This document shows positions 58,501 to 64,000 of a DNA stretch of 64,000 nt, one piece after another. The notes beneath the pieces are model-generated. The model saw only the letters and a program-made list of their open reading frames with translations, searched no databases and was not told the origin of the DNA. Each line of letters opens with the position of its first letter. Within the stretch, counting starts at the first letter, position 1. Origin of the DNA: Azolla caroliniana (taxonomy: Eukaryota > Plantae > Polypodiophyta); NCBI GenBank assembly GCA_043228905.1, contig JBHGNT010000011.1, positions 3,534,001 to 3,598,000 of the forward strand. Direction: 5' to 3'. The translations under genes and the position numbers were made by a program.

Positions 58501-60595
58501 GGACAATCGTATGGCCGATGCTTTGGAAGTACACTAACTTTGACTTTGTCGAAGACATCAACATATTCTTGGTATTTTAGGAATGTAGACCTCTGACGTC
58601 CCTTGAGTGTCACTAGAAGGCGCAACTGATATGGAAAATAAGAATAAATCTTCTTTTGCTCCTTCTTGGCATAATTGTTCTAGGGTGATGGTTGAAATTT
58701 GATGAAGAGGAACAACATGTTTGGTAGAGGGTGAATTGGTAACACTATGTTTTTCAAGGGGAGGATCTTGGGTTCGAACCTTGACTACTATGTTTCCTTT
58801 TGAAGGGCACCTAATTTCTCGTCGTCTCCAATCAATTATTGGGTTATGTAGCTCGAACCATGGCAAACCAAGGACTATTGGATGCTTAGGGCTACGGATT
58901 ATGTTAAAGGAGACCACACATCCTAAATCACCTAAGAGTATGTGTATCGGCTCAGACTCCTCGAATATCTTTCCAGAAGCTATGGGACGTCCATCAATCA
59001 CTACTACGGAAACTGGGCAAGGAAGTTTATGCAAGGCTATTTGATGTTTTCGGGCAAAATCTCTATCCATGAAACAAGAATTGGCTCCGGTATCTAAGAG
59101 AGCTAGGACATGAAGTTGACAACTTGGTGTCCTAACTTGTACTTGGCTTGAGAAAACTCTACTAACATGCTTGGAAGAGATGGAACCCACACTAGGCTGT
59201 ACAGATCTAGGACTGTCCAACCAAACGGCTCCGATTTTGGCCAGACTTATTCGTTTGACTCCTCTTCTAATTGGCTTAGGACCTCAAACTTATTGGATAG
59301 AGTTGGATTACTAGAAACACTAGTTGGCACAGTTTCAACAATGCTAGACTCATTTCTATTATCAATAATGCTAGACTCATTTCTATTATCATAGTTAATG
59401 TGATGTACCTGACGTCTCGGTTTGTGTGGACAATGAATGTAAATATGTCCTGGACCTCCACAATATAAGCATAATCGATTTGCTCGACGACATTGTTTCT
59501 CTTCATCTGATAAAGGTCCTCGTCGTCGGGTCATATCAATCTCCATCGGTGTCGGGCTATCCATTGGTGTTGGGCTACGTGCTTGCCGTGGAGTTGGGAC
59601 GGAGCTATATTGTTGCCTTGGAGATTGTGCCATCACTGATGCATAAGTTGGCATAAATCTTGATCTTGTTTGTTGTTGTTGTCGCTCGGACCGACGCTCA
59701 AAAGGCCGATTATCACACCGTATTGCTTGGCTAATAGCTTCTGTAAGGGATTTTGGATCCTCAGGGAAGGTAAGAAGTAAATCTTTTACATCTCCACGGA
59801 GGCCCAAATGAAACTGCTCCATTAGAGCTTGTTTGTCCCAAGGAATATCACTTGCAATGAGACAAAAATTGGCTGCATACGTTGATGCTGGTTGATCCCC
59901 TTGTCACAATGTGCAAATCTTGTTGATTGCCGTTCTTACACTATCTGTGTCTCCGAAGCAAGCCTTAAAATCTTTGATAAATTCTTCAAAGTTGTTGAGT
60001 AGGGGCGAATTTACTTCTAGGAATGGAGCAAACCATGACAATGCCGTGCTAGTCAATAAAGTGCCCACTAACCCGACTCGAGATGAATCCGTCGGATAAC
60101 GCGTTGTCGCGTTGTTACGCGCGTGCATGTAGAAAGGCGGGACCACAAGGGTCTTGGACTAGGGAGTGACGGAGCATAGGAAGCCACACTTCACCCTTTT
60201 CGGGGCACCCCAGGAGCACACCGGAAGCAACCGAAGGGAGAGAGAGAGAGTGAGCAGGCATGCAACATTGATTCTCACACAAACATGTACATAAGCAAGA
60301 AGGAAACACTAAGACACACACATGCACACCAAAAAGACCCGAATATGCACAACCACATGTATATATATTTACAAGAAAATGAGATTCAACACCGACTTCA
60401 AGCCGGACCTAGGTCGCATGAGATACAACCGTTGTCTACTGCCAAGCCGCCGGTCGGGGAGCTCTCGGGCTTGTCGCGCCGAGCGGGGTCTTGCACAGAG
60501 TACAGGACAGAAAACTGGAACGCTAGATGCCAAGGCCCGACGCACAGAAGGACCAAGAAGAAGAAGCAGAGGGGAGCAAGAAGAAGAAACCCTAA

Positions 60596-60667
<72 letters not shown>

Positions 60668-61251
60668 TCTCTCCGTCTAACGGTATACCCTACTAATACA
60701 AAAATGGGCAACCCTTCTACACGGGACCATCCCTTCCTTTTATAGAACAAGGAGAGGGATGCATTACAATGTGGGATAAATCCCGATTCACATGGGATTC
60801 TTCGTCCCAACTTAACTCCTATTATTCACACAATTACACAAGTGTGAGTGCACATGGTGCACCCCGCCGATGTAGCCAATATTTCCCGGTTTCTGCCTCT
60901 GGACGAAATTCTTCACGACAGCGTGGGATGCATCTGAATTACCAAGCGCACTTGATTTATAAAACCCCGAAAATGTGCTCTCGACCCATCGAATTTAGCT
61001 GGGAGGCTGATTTTGGGCTACTTAAGAACTCCTTGACTGTCGACTTTTAGTTGTTGTAAAGCTACTATTGCCGACTCTAGTTGTTGAACCCTTCGTGTAA
61101 ACTCGTCGTGTATTTGTTGCTTCTCTACTGAAACCTTCTGTAGGTCTTCAAGCAATCGTTGATTCTCCAGCTCTAGTGATGCAAACTTGCTTTTGAGATT
61201 CTCCATTTCTGCAACAAGGGTGAAGTATTCTTGTGGGTTGCCAGCAGCCAT
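55579..61251 (-). pseudogene. Element I gag-pol with chromodomain, multiple frameshifts
   Basis: Fragments are collinear with F: [39 protein letters not shown] and EYEIASILD...YLVDWLGY. Confidence 0.92.
60105..60920 (-). mobile_element. Solo LTR M inserted in gag of I, 4-bp TSD
   Basis: Ends TGTCGCG...CACGACA with GCGT on both sides. The host frame QMHPTRYPTD is restored on removal. Orientation inferred from TATAAAA on - at ~60738-60744. Confidence 0.85.
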
Positions 61252-61524
61252 GGGTACTTACTAGTGTTTGTGGAAGAGGCTAGACGAAAAGAAGGAAATT
61301 CGAATCAAACTGTCAGAACCAAGAGAGAAGGTAAAGTGATAGAAGAAAGATATAAAGAGATCACAAGAAGAAGAATGAAATGATAAGAGAAGAATGAATG
61401 TATTAAAGTAGAATAAGAATGGATACAAGATAGGCGATGAGAGCTTAAGACTGGTGTTGATTCAAATTGGTTTTGAGAAGAATTGTATGTCCATATTTAT
61501 AGGTTCCTATAGAATAACTTAGTG

Positions 61525-61612
61525 ATTTCTATAATGTTCTAGAATGTTCTAGACCTAGAATATTCTAAGATGTTCTAGGATATTCTAGAATGTTCTAGGA
61601 TGTTCTAGAACA
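61525..61612. promoter_or_regulatory. Heat-shock-element array in U3 of the 5' LTR of I; copy at 55362-55450
   Basis: ~8 ten-bp units (ATGTTCTAGA) form TTCtaGAAtgTTC runs upstream of TATAAAT (61495-61501, -). Confidence 0.7.
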
Positions 61613-61936
61613 TTACAATATCAGTCTATTACAAGAAGTAGCTTTTATTATTTCATATAATTATATGTTATCTTAATGGTTAGGTTCTTGATTATGTATT
61701 ACAAGGTCTTGGGTTCAAGCCCAAGTGAAGCCACATAATGTTCACGGATTCATGACATAGGGTTTTTCACGTAAACTTCTTGTGTACTCTTTATCGTTGT
61801 GTTTGTACATGCGTTCACTCTCTATTTCCCATTTTTGTGTTTGATCCTTAAACGAAGGGATTCAAGAATCGGTTGTGGCCGAGCAATATTCCGCACTATT
61901 CTCGTCAATTTGGTATTAGAGCGAACAACAGAATAA

Positions 61937-63559
61937 ATGGAAGAATCATTCGGCGGCATGTTCAAGCTCACCGGCTCCAACTACTCAGTGTGGAAGTCGA
62001 AGATGAGGGACCTGTTGGTGGTTAAAGATCTTTGGTTGCCGGTTCAGTTCGGGACAAGAGACCGGATAAGATCGACGCCACAGTGTGGGAGGTGATGCAC
62101 ATGAAGACAAAGGTGTACATTCGGTGCTTCATTGACATGAGCCTGTACAACAACTTCAATGAAGAGAGCAAGGCTCATGAACTCCGGGAGAAGATTAGGA
62201 TAATGTTCTAGAACAAGAATGATGTGAATCGGGTTTCGGTATTCCGGAAGCTAGTAAGGCTCCGGTACCAAGACGACTCCAGTATGGCGGAACACATGAA
62301 TGCCTTCCAGGGACTGATACACCACACAACCTCGTTGGAAGTACCTCTCGCTGATGAGGTACTCACATTGCTTCTACTCGGTTCTCTCCCAGATAGCAGG
62401 GAGACGTTAGTTTTCACATTGGGCAACGCCGGGCCGGAAGGAAAGCAGTTGTCCCTAGCAAGGGTAAAATCAAGCTTGCTAGATGAAGAAGCTCATCGGA
62501 AGGACCGGGAGTCCGGAACCAATCTGAAGGCCTTGGTCACCAAAAATGACCACAACCGGGGAAGAGGCCGGTATTGGAGTCCCCAAAACTGGGACAAGTC
62601 GGGGACGAGGTCGAAGTCAAGGGGGAGCCCTACGTGCTTCTACTATGGAAAATCGGGGCACTTCCATGAGAACTATCGGCATTTCCGGAAAGAGAAAGGA
62701 ACCGACAATGTCGATTCGAAGATGGGTTCAGACCGGAAAGGGTCGGATTGGAAGGGAATGGCGGCGATCGCGACAAGTGAAGAAGAACTGATGCTCATCA
62801 CCGAGGAGAATGAGTTAAACCTTGTCGGCGACGAGACAATGTGGGTTGTTGATTCCAGAGTGTCATTCCACCTGACACCGGATTAGAAATGCTTCTCATC
62901 CTAGAAATGCTTCTCATCCTACACAGCCGGTGATCATGGTTGTGTCCGGATGGGGAATGAAGGTACATGCCGAATTGTCGGCATAGGAGATGTGCCGTTG
63001 ACGACATCAACCGAATGCAAGTTGCTGCTAAAGGATGTCCGACACGTTCCGTAGGTTCAACTAAACTTGATATCAGTTGGTTAGCTAGATGATGAAGGCT
63101 ACACGGGTAACATCCGGAACAGAGTTATGAAGTTCTGCAAAGGGAGCCTAATAGTGGCTTGAGCCTGGAAGGTCAACACACTGTACTTGATGAATGCCCA
63201 GATATGCCGGGAAGAAGTGAACGTAGCATCTGACATTACCGGTGAGCTGCGGTACAAGAGACTGTGTCATATGAGCCAGAAGGGGATGAAGAGACTTGCT
63301 GAAGACAATCTCATTCCGGTGAAGGATGTGCAACTTGAGAAGTGCACTGACCGTCTTGCCGGCAAGCAAAACCGAACCTCCTTCCGGTCAAGACTGACGA
63401 TGAGATGGAATGCACCACTGGAGCTGGTGCATACCGATGTGTGTCAAGTAGACACGAAGTCACATGCCGGATTGCAGTACTTCGTGACATTCATAGATGA
63501 CCACAGCCGGAAGCTGTGGGTATCGCCGTTGAAGATGAAGGATAAGGTGCTATCTGTCT
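61937..63559 (+). pseudogene. Element H gag-PR-INT remnants
   Basis: Motifs MEESFGGMFKLTGSNYSVWK, WVVDSRVSFH and LELVHTDVC...YFVTFIDDHSRK. Confidence 0.88.
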
Positions 63560-64000
63560 TGTTAAGTAATTAGGTAATTAACTAGGGTTAATTAGAGACT
63601 AATTATATGGTTACGTTACGCAGCGGAAGATTAGTATGATATGTGCGTGAGAGTGTGTGAGAGGAAGAGAGAGAGAGAGGAAGTTACACTTATGAACACG
63701 AAGATAAATGGGGGATGATTGACTATATTGAAAAGTGTCATCAATGTTAAAAAATACCCACAATGAGGTATATATACAACCCATGTGCAAAGGTGCACAT
63801 GTGTGGGTAGAACATAGGTACTTATGTGTAAGTCCTACATTAAATGTACTAAGGAGTGGAGGATCTAGAATATCCCACTTAAGTACAAGGTCCTATTTTA
63901 AAGGCTTAAGGTCAACACATTAACTAGATTCGATCTAGGTAACTAGTAAGTTACATGTGTTGACTAACTAGATTAAACTAGTTGAGCTTGATATCTCAAC
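63560..64000 (-). mobile_element. LTR L of the element A family, inserted in the integrase of H
   Basis: Collinear with 28989-29460 (TGTTAAG.AATTAGGTAA ... GGAGTGGAGGATCTAGAATATCCCACTTAAG ... GTTGAGCTTGATATCTCAAC). It reaches the window edge. Confidence 0.9.

Larger units (their letters stand above)
55147..61757 (-). mobile_element. Ty3/Gypsy chromovirus I (Tcn1-like, related to F, decayed)
   Basis: LTRs 55147-55594 and 61311-61757 (~8 substitutions by eye), TSD TAGGG, PPT 55595-55608. Confidence 0.94.
53494..64000 (+). mobile_element. Ty1/Copia element K (E family), host of nest 3; presumably continues beyond the window
   Basis: 5' LTR 53494-54112, PBS 54116-54127. Gag 54138-54722 (MEGGVSGFPGMIVLNSQNY) is interrupted by H. 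Confidence 0.82.
54723..64000 (+). mobile_element. Ty1/Copia element H, inserted in gag of K; runs off the window
   Basis: 5' LTR split into 54723-55146 and 61763-61907, PBS TGGTATTAGAGC 61911-61922. Decayed gag-PR-INT at 61937-63559. Confidence 0.87.

Noticed and set aside
60285-60696. ORFs with (ER)n tails (also 14274-14570 and 33027-33321)
   Set aside because: Microsatellite translations.
62884-62919. 18-bp tandem duplication in H, and a 27-bp duplication near the end of I gag
   Set aside because: Ordinary slippage in decaying elements.

Overview
Plant nuclear DNA, probably from a non-seed plant such as a fern or lycophyte (inferred from the Tcn1-like chromoviruses). The first ~12.7 kb holds one clear gene, an intronless RIC7/PII-2/TMM-family LRR receptor-like protein (2310-3767, -). 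It also holds the possible last two exons of a convergent gene and AT-rich intergenic DNA. The rest is three nests of LTR retrotransposons, mostly resolved by LTR pairs, PBS/PPT and target-site duplications (TSDs). Nest 1 (12740-29461): Copia A, whose 3' LTR carries a mitochondrial tRNA-end/rrn26 fragment; Copia B inserted into that fragment, Copia C into B, and solo LTR D into A. Nest 2 (33322-52724): Copia G contains Copia E, which contains an intact, very young Tcn1-like chromovirus F; G also contains a Gag-protease-only Gypsy J. Nest 3 (53494-end): Copia K contains Copia H, whose LTR contains chromovirus I, which contains solo LTR M; an A-family LTR L also sits in H. The most notable signal is a shared architecture in the diverged chromoviruses F and I: an antisense tRNA-like Pol III module, a heat-shock-element array, a TATA box, a covarying self-primer/PBS pair and a -1 frameshift cassette. 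Three Copia elements also share a hairpin enclosing the PPT and carry a second upstream PPT copy. All alignments and counts were made by eye.
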